A stretch of 24,000 nt of DNA from Pseudoduganella violacea (GTDB taxonomy: Bacteria; Pseudomonadota; Gammaproteobacteria; Burkholderiales; Burkholderiaceae_D), in NCBI RefSeq assembly GCF_014191875.1, contig NZ_JACHXD010000006.1, forward strand, positions 122,955 to 146,954, read 5' to 3'. Below are positions 1 through 7,777 of the stretch, one piece after another. The notes under the pieces were generated by a model. The model saw only the letters and a program-made list of their open reading frames with translations, was not told where the DNA came from and made no database searches. Numbering within the stretch: the first letter of the stretch is position 1; every line of letters starts with the position of its first letter. A program made the translations under genes and the position numbers.

Positions 1-287
1 CCGACCTGGCCGGTCTGGCTGCCGCCTACGATGCCTACCGCGTTTCGCTGGCCGGCAAGCCGGTCACGCCGGACGCCGACCGCCAGTTCTTCCTCGGCTA
101 TGCGCAAAGCTGGCGCGACAAGGAACGTGACGCCGCCCTGCGCAACCAGATCGCCACCGACGGCCATGCGCCCGCCAAATGGCGCACCTACACCGTGCGC
201 AATCTGGACCCGTGGTACCAGGCCTTCGACGTGCAGCCCGGGCAGAAACTGTACCTGGCGCCGCAGCAGCGCGTGCGCGTCTGGTAA
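1..287 (+). CDS. M13 family metallopeptidase (PepO/endothelin-converting-enzyme-like), C-terminal fragment; 5' end lies outside the window
   Basis: Frame 3 is open from the window edge to TAA at 285-287. The translation ...FFLGYAQSWRDKERDAALRNQIATDGHAPAKWRTYTVRNLDPWYQAFDVQPGQKLYLAPQQRVRVW matches the characteristic M13 C-terminus (ends in RxW). Not in the ORF track because there is no start codon in the window. Confidence 0.75.
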   Translation, partial: DLAGLAAAYDAYRVSLAGKPVTPDADRQFFLGYAQSWRDKERDAALRNQIATDGHAPAKWRTYTVRNLDPWYQAFDVQPGQKLYLAPQQRVRVW

Positions 288-296
288 AGTAGGTGG

Positions 297-914
297 ATGG
301 ACAAGCGCATCGAACAGATCACCCGCCTCACGCTGGAACACTATGAACGCAACGCCCGCCAATTCCTGGAGGGTACGCGCGACCATGATGTGAGCCAGAA
401 TATCGCGGCCCTGCTCGATGCGCTCGAAGGCGCGCCGCCGTTCCGCATTCTCGACCTCGGATGCGGGCCGGGGCGCGATCTGCGCGCCTTCAAGGCGCTG
501 GGCCACGAGCCGACCGGCATCGACGGTTCGGCGCAGTTTGTGGAGATGGCGCGCGAATGGAGCGGCTGCCCCGTGTGGCAGCAGGATTTCGTCGCGCTCG
601 ACCTGCCCACCGCCTATTTCGACGGCGTGTATGCCAACGCTTCGCTCTTCCATGTCCCCAGCGCGGCCCTGCCCGACGTGCTGCTGAAGCTGCACGCCGC
701 GCTCAAGCCGCGCGGCGTACTGTTCAGCTCCAACCCGCGCGGCCAGAACGAAGAAGGCTGGAACGGCCCGCGCTATGGCAGTTACTACGATTACGCGACG
801 TGGGAACGCTATCTGCTTGCGGCCGGCTTTGCAGCGCTGCAGCATTACTACCGTCCAGCCGGTTTGCCGCGCGAGCAGCAGCCCTGGCTGGCCAGCGTCT
901 GGCGCAAAGCTTGA
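297..914 (+). CDS. Class I SAM-dependent methyltransferase
   Basis: 205-aa ORF with the SAM-binding motif I ILDLGCGPGRD and high GC3. It starts 9 nt after the upstream stop, with AGGTGG immediately upstream. Confidence 0.85.
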   Translation: MDKRIEQITRLTLEHYERNARQFLEGTRDHDVSQNIAALLDALEGAPPFRILDLGCGPGRDLRAFKALGHEPTGIDGSAQFVEMAREWSGCPVWQQDFVALDLPTAYFDGVYANASLFHVPSAALPDVLLKLHAALKPRGVLFSSNPRGQNEEGWNGPRYGSYYDYATWERYLLAAGFAALQHYYRPAGLPREQQPWLASVWRKA

Positions 915-1016
915 GCTGACTTGTGTTCGTGAGCGAACAGAACAGAATGTTATGCATCCTTAAGATGGACTCCGGTCACACAATCCTGTGTACAACTTAC
1001 TACAAAGGAGTGCATC

Positions 1017-1223
1017 ATGAACAAGGACCAGATCAAAGGTACGGCCAAGGAAATCGGCGGCAAAATCCAGCAGGAAGCCGGTGAGCTGATCGGCAGCTCC
1101 AAGCAGCAGGCCAAAGGCATCAAGAACCAGATCGAAGGCAAGCTGCAAAAAGGCGTGGGCGACGCCCGCGAAGCCGTGGACGATGCGATCGATAACGTTG
1201 TCGACAAAGGCAATCGCCAATAA
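1017..1223 (+). CDS. CsbD family stress-response protein
   Basis: 68-aa ORF MNKDQIKGTAKEIGGKIQQEAG...KGIKNQIEGKLQKGVGDAREAV, the typical CsbD repeat pattern. AAAGGAG Shine-Dalgarno lies about 7 nt upstream. Confidence 0.85.
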   Translation: MNKDQIKGTAKEIGGKIQQEAGELIGSSKQQAKGIKNQIEGKLQKGVGDAREAVDDAIDNVVDKGNRQ

Positions 1224-1233
1224 GCCTGGCGCA

Positions 1234-1265
1234 TAAAAAAAGCCCGCCGGCTGGCGCTGGCGGGC
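1234..1265 (-). terminator. Rho-independent terminator downstream of the S9 peptidase gene; may also stop csbD transcription
   Basis: GCCCGCC (1242-1248) pairs with GGCGGGC (1259-1265). On the minus strand the stem is followed by a T7 run (1234-1240). It lies between convergent genes. Confidence 0.7.
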
Positions 1266-1302
1266 GAGAATGGCGCCGAAGCGCCACGAGGTCTTTACAC
1301 CA

Positions 1303-3516
1303 TCAATTCGTTTCCGGCTTCAGGTTCTTCTTGAAGTAGGCGTCGATATAGCTGTACACGTGCAGCTGGCCGGCGCGCGAGGAAATGCCGTGCTTGGCGC
1401 CCGGGTAAGTCATCAGTTCGAACTGCACCTTGCGGTTCACCAGCGCATCGATCATCTTGGTCGTGTTGGTGAACAGGACGTTATCGTCGGCCATGCCGTG
1501 GATCAGCAGCAGATTCGATTTCAGGCCGTCGACGTGGGCGAACACCGTGCTTTGCTTGTAACCGTCGGCGTTATCCTTTGGACGGTCCATGAAGCGCTCG
1601 GTGTAGTGGGTGTCGTACAACTGCCAGTCCGTGACCGGTGCCACCGACACGCCCATGGCGATCTTGTCCGACGCTTGCGACAGCAGGCGCAGGGTCATGA
1701 AGCCGCCATAGCTCCAGCCGAACACGCCGATGCGCTTGGCGTCGACGAAGCTTTGCTTGCTCAGCCACTCGATGCCGGTCAGCTGGTCTTCCACTTCCAC
1801 CTTGCCCAGATTGCGGTAGATGGCGTCGGTGAAGACGCGTTCGCGGCGCGAAGAACCGCGGTTATCCAGGCGGAAGACGACGAAGCCTTGCTGCGCCATA
1901 TATTGGTCGAAGTTATTGCCCCATTTGCGCGCCACGTGCTGGGCGCCCGGGCCGCCGTAGGTCGACAGGTAGACCGGATAGCGCTTGGCCGCGTCGAACT
2001 TGTATGGCTTGACCAGCGAGTAGTGCAGGGTCTGGCCATCCTTGGCTTTCAAGCTGCCGTATTCGGTCGGCAGATGGTCCGACTTGTACTTGAAGTAGGG
2101 GTGGGACTCGTTCAGCTCATTGCGCTCCAGCCAGCCCACCATGCTGCCGTCCGGGCGGCGGATGCTGACGTTCGGCGGCGTGGCCGGATCGGAGAAGGTG
2201 TCGACGAACACTTCGCCATTGCGCGAGAAGTTCGCATCGTGCCAGCCGTCGGCCTGGGTCACGCGCTTCGGCTTGTCGGCGTTGCTGCCGTCCAGGTTCA
2301 ATGCATACACCTGCTTGTCGATCACGGCATCCTTATTGGACGAAACGTAGACGCGGCCAGCTTTTTCATCCACGGCCAGCAGGCCGTCGATGCCCCAATC
2401 GCCCTTGCTGACCGGGTGCAGCAGCTTGCCGTCCAGGTCATGCAGGTAGAGGTGGCGGCGGCCGTCGCGTTCCGACACCCACAGGAAGGCATTGCGCTTG
2501 CCGAGGAAGCGCGGCTCGTCCAGCACGTTGACCCAGGTCTTGCTGGTTTCGGTGATCAGCACGCGCTGGGCCAGGGTGGCGGCATCGACCGACACCAGCT
2601 CCAGCTTCTTCTGGTCGCGCGTTTGGCGCTGGAACAGCAAGGCCTTGCTGTTGGCGCTCCAGTCGGCGCGCACCAGATAGATATCCTGCTCGCCACCCAG
2701 ATCCACCTCGCGCCGCTCGCCCGATGCCGGCGAGACGATGAACAGCTGCACCGCCACGTTCGGATCGCCGGCGGCCGGGTAGCGCTGCTCGATCACGTCG
2801 GTGCGGTCGGCATAGATTTCGAAGCGGCGCGCCACTGGCACTTTCGACTCGTCATAGCGCTTGAAAGCGATAGCCGAATCGTCGGGCGCCCAGTAATAGC
2901 CGCTGACCTGGTGCATCTCTTCCTGCGCCACGAATTCGGCCTCGCCGTTGTGGATGGCGGCGGCGCCGTCGGTGGTCAGTTGGCGCTCCTTGCCGGTGCT
3001 CAGGTCGAGCACGAACAGGTTCTGGTCGCGCACGAAGGACACATAGCGGCCCTTCGGCGAGATTTGCGGATCGATCACGGCGCCGGTGGCGACCAGGCGC
3101 GCGCTATCGGGTTTGGCCAGTTCCACCAGATACAGGTTGCCGGCGATCGGCACCAGCAGCTGCTTGCCGTCTGGCGACCAGCTATAGCTGATGATGCCTT
3201 TCAGGCTGGCGGTACGCTCGCGTTCGCGGCGCGCCTTCTCGGCGTCGGACAGATTCTCCTGCGGCACCAGTACGCGCGAATCGACCAGCAGGCGGCTCGA
3301 CTTATCCTTCAGATTGAATTCCCACAGATCGAGCTGGAACTGGTCATCGGCGCGGCCGCGCAGGAACGTCACGCGCGCGCCATCGGGCGACACCTTCATC
3401 TTGCGCATGCCGGGACCGGCCAGCGCCGGATCACCATGGATACGGTCCAAAGTAAGACGCTCAGCCGACGCCGAACCGATGGCCATCAAAGCCAGAAAAC
3501 AGAGAGAGAAACGCAT
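1303..3516 (-). CDS. S9 family serine peptidase, dipeptidyl-peptidase IV-like, secreted or periplasmic
   Basis: Long ORF with the catalytic Ser motif GWSYGG, plus HGMADDNV (Asp) and PGAKHG (His). I chose the start at ATG 3516 (MRFSLCFLALMAIGSASA signal peptide) rather than the ORF-track start at 3624. Confidence 0.9.
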   Translation of the reverse strand: MRFSLCFLALMAIGSASAERLTLDRIHGDPALAGPGMRKMKVSPDGARVTFLRGRADDQFQLDLWEFNLKDKSSRLLVDSRVLVPQENLSDAEKARRERERTASLKGIISYSWSPDGKQLLVPIAGNLYLVELAKPDSARLVATGAVIDPQISPKGRYVSFVRDQNLFVLDLSTGKERQLTTDGAAAIHNGEAEFVAQEEMHQVSGYYWAPDDSAIAFKRYDESKVPVARRFEIYADRTDVIEQRYPAAGDPNVAVQLFIVSPASGERREVDLGGEQDIYLVRADWSANSKALLFQRQTRDQKKLELVSVDAATLAQRVLITETSKTWVNVLDEPRFLGKRNAFLWVSERDGRRHLYLHDLDGKLLHPVSKGDWGIDGLLAVDEKAGRVYVSSNKDAVIDKQVYALNLDGSNADKPKRVTQADGWHDANFSRNGEVFVDTFSDPATPPNVSIRRPDGSMVGWLERNELNESHPYFKYKSDHLPTEYGSLKAKDGQTLHYSLVKPYKFDAAKRYPVYLSTYGGPGAQHVARKWGNNFDQYMAQQGFVVFRLDNRGSSRRERVFTDAIYRNLGKVEVEDQLTGIEWLSKQSFVDAKRIGVFGWSYGGFMTLRLLSQASDKIAMGVSVAPVTDWQLYDTHYTERFMDRPKDNADGYKQSTVFAHVDGLKSNLLLIHGMADDNVLFTNTTKMIDALVNRKVQFELMTYPGAKHGISSRAGQLHVYSYIDAYFKKNLKPETN

Positions 3517-3655
3517 GGTGATCCCGGACAAGGTAAAAGCCCAAAACGATACCAGACTCAGCCATATCTGACGACCCGCCGCGATTCGGAATCCATCTCC
3601 CGAAACCGACTTTCCTTCGGCCAAACCGCCACCCCACGTTTGATCTCCCTCAACA

Positions 3656-3694
3656 AATGTCCTACCCTGGTGTCAGGCACCAGAGCAGGACATT
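3656..3694. repeat. REP-like extragenic palindrome, copy 1 (inverted relative to copies 2 and 3)
   Basis: AATGTCCTACCCTGGTG-TCAGG-CACCAGAGCAGGACATT is an imperfect 17-nt-arm hairpin. Its reverse complement matches copy 2 at 34 of 39 positions by hand alignment. Confidence 0.8.
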
Positions 3695-3712
3695 GTTTGC
3701 GCTGGATCAAAG

Positions 3713-3768
3713 AATGTCCGACCGTGGTGCCTGACACCAGGGTGGGACATTGTTTGATTTGGCGCAAA
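3713..3768. repeat. REP-like extragenic palindrome, copy 2, plus conserved flank TTTGATTTGGCGCAAA
   Basis: AATGTCCGACCGTGGTG-CCTGA-CACCAGGGTGGGACATT is followed by GTTTGATTTGGCGCAAA. It ends 2 nt before the MATE stop codon (3771-3773). Confidence 0.8.
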
Positions 3769-3770
3769 CG

Positions 3771-5156
3771 TCAGGCGGGGCGCAGGCGTTGCAGGGAGAG
3801 GCGGTTGAGGTACCAGCTGAGCAGCAGGGCGGCGACCGTCAGGCCGAGGACGAGGCCGATCCAGAAGCCAGCCGAGGCCATCGGCGCTGCGGGACTGAGC
3901 GGGAACCAGCTCGGGGCCAGGCCGAGAATGTAGCCGATCGGTAGGGCGAAGCCCCAGAAGGCCAGCAGCTGGATCTTCATCGGCGGGCGCGTGACCTTGT
4001 AGCCGCGGATGGCGCAGGAGGTGGCGACCTGGGTGGCGTCGGAGAGCTGGAAGATGGCGGCGAACAGCAGCAGGTGGGCGGTCAGTTCCTGCACGGCGGC
4101 GTCGCTGGTGTAGGCGCGCGCGATTTCGTGGCGGAACAGGGCGATCAGGGTGGCCGACAGCACGGCAAAGCCGAGCGACATGGCGACGCCGACCCAGGCC
4201 GTGAAGCGCGCGCGTTCCGGATTGCCTTCGCCTATGGCCTGGCCGACGCGGGTGATCAGGCCGATGCCGAAGCTGACCGGCACCATGAAGACCAGCGAGG
4301 AAAAGTTCAAGGCGATCTGGTTGGCCGATACTTCGTTGACGCCGAAGCGCGCCACCAGCAGGCTGACGGCGCCAAAGGCGCTGACTTCGGCGAAGTAGGT
4401 GACGCCGATCGGCAGGCCGAGGCGCAGCATGCTCTTGATTTCGGCCCAGCAGGGACCGTCCCATTCGTGGAAGGGGTAGGTGTTCTTATAGGCCGGGGCG
4501 ATGCGCACCCAGACCAGCATGGCGCCCAGCATCAGCCACATGCACAGTGCGGTGGAGACGGCGCAGCCGATGCCGCCCATCTGCGGCAGGCCGAATTTGC
4601 CGAAGATGAGCATCCAGTTCATGACGATATTGAACAGCAGGCCGATGATGGCGATCACCATCACCGGCTTGGTCTGGTTGATGCTGGTGCTGTAGCCGTA
4701 CAGGGTGCGGTAGGCCGCGAACGCGGGCATGCCGAAGCTGATGATGTGCACGAACAGCGAGGCGCGCGCCGCCACCGCCGCGTCCATATTCAGGTGGTCG
4801 AACAAGAGCGTGGCCAGATTGGCCAACAGCATGGCGATCAGGCCGATGCCGAGCGCCTTCCACAGCGATTGGCGCACCGAATGCGGGATCTTGCCGTAGG
4901 CGCCGGCGCCCACTTCATGCGCCACCACGCTATTGATGGCCATCATGGTGCCGCTGACCGAGACCAGGACCATGGACCAGATCGAGGCGCCCAGCGATAC
5001 CGCCGCCAGCTCGGCGGCGCTGGCGTGGCCGGTCATGGCCACGTCCGCCACCGCCATGCCCACGGTGGCCAGCTGCCCGATCAGCACCGGCCAGGCCAGG
5101 CGCCAGAGGGAGGCGGCTTCAGCGCGAACATTCGGTAAAGTGAAGGTATGTGGCAT
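3771..5156 (-). CDS. MATE family multidrug/toxin efflux transporter (NorM-like)
   Basis: 461-aa polytopic membrane ORF (about 12 hydrophobic segments) with a MATE-like N-terminus ...EAASLWRLAWPVLIGQLATVGMAVADVAMTGH. Confidence 0.9.
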   Translation of the reverse strand: MPHTFTLPNVRAEAASLWRLAWPVLIGQLATVGMAVADVAMTGHASAAELAAVSLGASIWSMVLVSVSGTMMAINSVVAHEVGAGAYGKIPHSVRQSLWKALGIGLIAMLLANLATLLFDHLNMDAAVAARASLFVHIISFGMPAFAAYRTLYGYSTSINQTKPVMVIAIIGLLFNIVMNWMLIFGKFGLPQMGGIGCAVSTALCMWLMLGAMLVWVRIAPAYKNTYPFHEWDGPCWAEIKSMLRLGLPIGVTYFAEVSAFGAVSLLVARFGVNEVSANQIALNFSSLVFMVPVSFGIGLITRVGQAIGEGNPERARFTAWVGVAMSLGFAVLSATLIALFRHEIARAYTSDAAVQELTAHLLLFAAIFQLSDATQVATSCAIRGYKVTRPPMKIQLLAFWGFALPIGYILGLAPSWFPLSPAAPMASAGFWIGLVLGLTVAALLLSWYLNRLSLQRLRPA

Positions 5157-5330
5157 GGATCGGCAGTCTTCGGAGCGGAAAAGAGATAGATTCTAACCAG
5201 AATCCAGTTTTTCCGTCCGACAGCGCTGCAGGGTAGGAATTTGTTACACAGTCGTGTAGTCTAACGGGTTGCGCTCAGCGTTGAACAAGCAGCAAGCCGC
5301 GCGCGCGGAGCACCCTACGGAGATTTTGAT

Positions 5331-6011
5331 ATGAAACGCATGTTTACCCTGGCCAGCCTGTTGGCCGCCACCCTGATCAGCCAAGCCGCCTCGGCCGGCG
5401 AAATGACCCTGTACGCGCGTGAGGGCTTCCGCGGTTCCGAAGTGACGGTGTACGAAACCACCTCCAACTTCCGCGACCTGGGCTTCAACGACCGCGCTTC
5501 CAGCCTGGTGGTGCATTCCGGCGCCTGGGAGTTATGCGAGCACCGCGATTTCGGCGGCTATTGCGCCGTGTTCGAGCGCGGCGAATATGCCGACCTGCGG
5601 CGTTTCAATAACAGCATTTCCTCGGCGCGCGAAGTACAGGTGCGCAACCGCGACCGCTGGGGCGGCGGTGGCGGCTGGAACGATAACCGCGGCCGCGATG
5701 ACCGCGGCCATGACCACGACTGGCGCGGCCGCGACCGCGATCGTGATCGCGACCGCCAGCAATTGCCGCCGGTCGAACTGTATACCGACTCCCGCTTCGA
5801 AGGTCCGAGTGTGAGCGTGCGCAGCAATATGCGCAGCCTGGTGGACCTGAACTTCAACGACCGCGTCAGCTCCCTGATTATCAGCGAAGGCCAGTGGGAG
5901 CTGTGCGAGCATGCCGACTACCGTGGCGAATGCGTGGTCTACGGGCCGGGCCGCTATCCGAATGTGGGCGGCATGAACGACCGCTTCTCTTCGATCCGGC
6001 GCGTGCGCTAA
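5331..6011 (+). CDS. Secreted beta/gamma-crystallin domain protein with two domains and an Arg/Asp/Gly-rich linker
   Basis: Signal peptide MKRMFTLASLLAATLISQAASA. Two repeats each carry the Greek-key signature Y-x4-F-x-G (LYAREGFRGS, LYTDSRFEGP), FNDR.SSL, and WELCEH.D..G.C. The linker is RDRWGGGGGWNDNRGRDDRGHDHDWRGRDRDRDRDR. GGAG lies 9 nt upstream. Confidence 0.8.
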   Translation: MKRMFTLASLLAATLISQAASAGEMTLYAREGFRGSEVTVYETTSNFRDLGFNDRASSLVVHSGAWELCEHRDFGGYCAVFERGEYADLRRFNNSISSAREVQVRNRDRWGGGGGWNDNRGRDDRGHDHDWRGRDRDRDRDRQQLPPVELYTDSRFEGPSVSVRSNMRSLVDLNFNDRVSSLIISEGQWELCEHADYRGECVVYGPGRYPNVGGMNDRFSSIRRVR

Positions 6012-6067
6012 GCCCTGCGCTTTGCGGTATTCTGTGCTCTGCAGGATTCGACCTGGAGAGCACTTCC

Positions 6068-7003
6068 GTGGAATACAAGGATTACTACGCTGCGCTGGGC
6101 GTGGCCAAGACGGCCAGCGATGACGAGATCAAGCAGGCTTACCGCAAGCTGGTGCGCAAATACCATCCGGACGTCAGCAAGGAGCCGAATGCGGATGCGA
6201 AAACCAAGGAGCTGAACGAAGCCTACGCCGTGCTGTCGGACGCGGAAAAGCGCGCGGCGTACGATGAGCTGGGCCATGCGCGCCAGCACGGCGGCTTCCA
6301 GTCGGGCGGCGGCTTCCGCCCACCGCCCGACTGGGGCGCCGATTTCGACACCAACGCCGGCAACGACCGCGATTTCTTCGCCGATCTGTTCGCCCATGTG
6401 GGCGCGCGCCGGCGCAGCATGCGCATGCGCGGCGAAGATAGCCAGGCCAGCATCAGCATCAGCCTGCGCGACGCCTATCAGGGCGCTACCCGCACCATCA
6501 ATCTGCGCATCCCCGAACTTGACGAGCGCGCCCGCGTGGTCACGCGTGAGCGCACGCTCGACGTGCGCATTCCCGTCGGCGTCACCGCCGGCCAGCAGCT
6601 GCGCCTGAGCGGCCAGGGCCAGCCCGGCACCGGCGGCGCCGAGGCGGGCGACCTGTTCCTGGAAATCCAGTTCGAAAGCGATCCGCATTACCGCGTCGAA
6701 GGGCGCGATGTGTACGAGACCGTGCCGGTGGCGCCCTGGGAGGCGGCGCTGGGCGGCGAGATCGACGTGCCGACGCCGTCCGGCAAGGTCAAGGTGACGG
6801 TGCCGCCGCAGTCGAAGAGCGGGCGCAAGCTGCGCCTGAAAGGGCGCGGCATTCCCGCCTCTGGACCGAGCAATGCGGCGGGCGATCTGTACCTGCTGCT
6901 GGAAGTGGCGCTGCCGCCGGCCGACACGGAACGCGCGCGCGCCCTGTATCAACAAATGGCGCGCGAACTGGCTTTCAATCCGCGCGCCGCGCTGGGAGGC
7001 TAG
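6068..7003 (+). CDS. cbpA: Curved DNA-binding protein CbpA (DnaJ-like co-chaperone)
   Basis: J-domain YKDYYAALGV...YRKLVRKYHPDVSKEP plus a DnaJ C-terminal domain (GDLFLEIQF, GDLYLLLEVALP). The GTG start at 6068 has GGAGAG about 10 nt upstream. The ORF-track start at 5894 would overlap the crystallin gene. Confidence 0.9.
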   Translation: MEYKDYYAALGVAKTASDDEIKQAYRKLVRKYHPDVSKEPNADAKTKELNEAYAVLSDAEKRAAYDELGHARQHGGFQSGGGFRPPPDWGADFDTNAGNDRDFFADLFAHVGARRRSMRMRGEDSQASISISLRDAYQGATRTINLRIPELDERARVVTRERTLDVRIPVGVTAGQQLRLSGQGQPGTGGAEAGDLFLEIQFESDPHYRVEGRDVYETVPVAPWEAALGGEIDVPTPSGKVKVTVPPQSKSGRKLRLKGRGIPASGPSNAAGDLYLLLEVALPPADTERARALYQQMARELAFNPRAALGG

Positions 7004-7006
7004 GCC

Positions 7007-7321
7007 ATGGCAAGCGATGCAGCCATGCGTGGCGTCTTGCTGGAAGAGGCGGCGCTGACGCTGGAAGAACTGGCGCGGGTGTGCGCCGTGCAGCCCGACT
7101 GGGTGCTGCAGCATGTGCGGGCCGGCGTGCTGTTGGCGGATGCCAGCCAGGCGCGGGAATGCTGGCGCTTTACCAGCGTCGACCTGGTGCGCGCGCGCCA
7201 GCTGCTGGAGGTGGAGCAGGTTTTCGATGCGAATGAAGATGTGGCGGCGCTGGTGGTGGACCTGAGCGAAGAAGTGCGCCGCCTGAAGGCCCGCCTGCGC
7301 GTGGCCGGCATCGCCAGCTGA
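7007..7321 (+). CDS. cbpM: Chaperone modulatory protein CbpM (MerR-like fold)
   Basis: 104-aa ORF starting 4 nt after the cbpA stop, matching the canonical cbpA-cbpM arrangement. The sequence ...LTLEELARVCAVQPDWVLQHVRAGVL... is typical of CbpM. Confidence 0.85.
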   Translation: MASDAAMRGVLLEEAALTLEELARVCAVQPDWVLQHVRAGVLLADASQARECWRFTSVDLVRARQLLEVEQVFDANEDVAALVVDLSEEVRRLKARLRVAGIAS

Positions 7322-7364
7322 GGGCGAGGCGCGGCCAGGGCTGCGGTGCGGATGGCCTTAGGCC

Positions 7365-7658
7365 TTAGCGCCGTTTATCGTCCGGACCGAGGTTGCCGCC
7401 ACGGTGCGGGGCGATGAATTCATCGTTTTCGTCTTCGGCCTGCTCGCCTTGGCGGCTGCCCGGTTGGCGCTGGGATTGCTGGTTGGCGTATGAGTCGCCC
7501 GATTGCTGGTTGCGCCAATCGTCGCTTTGTTCCTTGCGCGCCTTGTCCGACTGCTGGCTGTCGCTGCGCGTGCCGCTTTTCTGCTGCCCCTGCTGGTTGA
7601 CGGACTGGAACTGCTCCTGTTGCTGATCCTGCCGGCCGGGCTGGTTTGGCTTAGTCAT
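7365..7658 (-). CDS. Hypothetical small hydrophilic Gln/Ser/Asp-rich, probably disordered protein
   Basis: 97-aa ORF with GGAGA Shine-Dalgarno about 8 nt upstream of the ATG. Third codon positions are strongly G/C-biased, like the neighbouring genes. No TM segment or signal peptide, and no family I recognise. Confidence 0.6.
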   Translation of the reverse strand: MTKPNQPGRQDQQQEQFQSVNQQGQQKSGTRSDSQQSDKARKEQSDDWRNQQSGDSYANQQSQRQPGSRQGEQAEDENDEFIAPHRGGNLGPDDKRR

Positions 7659-7777
7659 GATCTGCGTCTCCTGTTGAAAGGTTGCGGCGGCGCTGAAGTA
7701 GCCGCCATAACCATGCTAGGACGTGAACAGCCGGGTGTGTGTAGGCGCACAGGCTGCGCCCTTGTAGGAGCCGGCGC

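Noticed and set aside
3558-3767. 69-aa ORF with an internally repeated peptide (CPTLVSGTTVGH / CPALVPDTRVGH)
   Set aside because: The repeated peptide is simply the translation of the REP palindromes. The same DNA reads similarly on both strands, and there is no Shine-Dalgarno.
1270-3933. 887-aa ORF on the plus strand, the longest in the window
   Set aside because: It is exactly antisense to the well-supported DPP-IV gene and runs on through the REP region into the MATE gene. Its Ala/Val/Gly/Arg/His/Leu/Gln-rich composition is typical of shadow ORFs in high-GC DNA. It has no motifs and no Shine-Dalgarno.
5894-6067. N-terminal extension of cbpA in the ORF track, overlapping the crystallin gene
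   Set aside because: The J-domain begins right at GTG 6068, which has a GGAGAG Shine-Dalgarno. The extension is Arg/Pro-rich out-of-frame crystallin sequence. The same logic was applied to the extended starts at 3624, 11920, 12018, 12662, 14922, 17403 and 22361.
6008-7114. 368-aa minus-strand ORF. Similar shadow ORFs occur at 4074-5138, 3673-4464, 7790-8662, 7857-8702, 9466-10335, 10382-10966, 15043-16479, 15147-15947, 17348-18202, 18702-19463 and 23341-23973.
   Set aside because: Each overlaps a gene with clear family signatures, either on the other strand or in another frame. The Arg/Ala/Gly/Pro-rich translations are typical of off-frame reading in GC-rich DNA.
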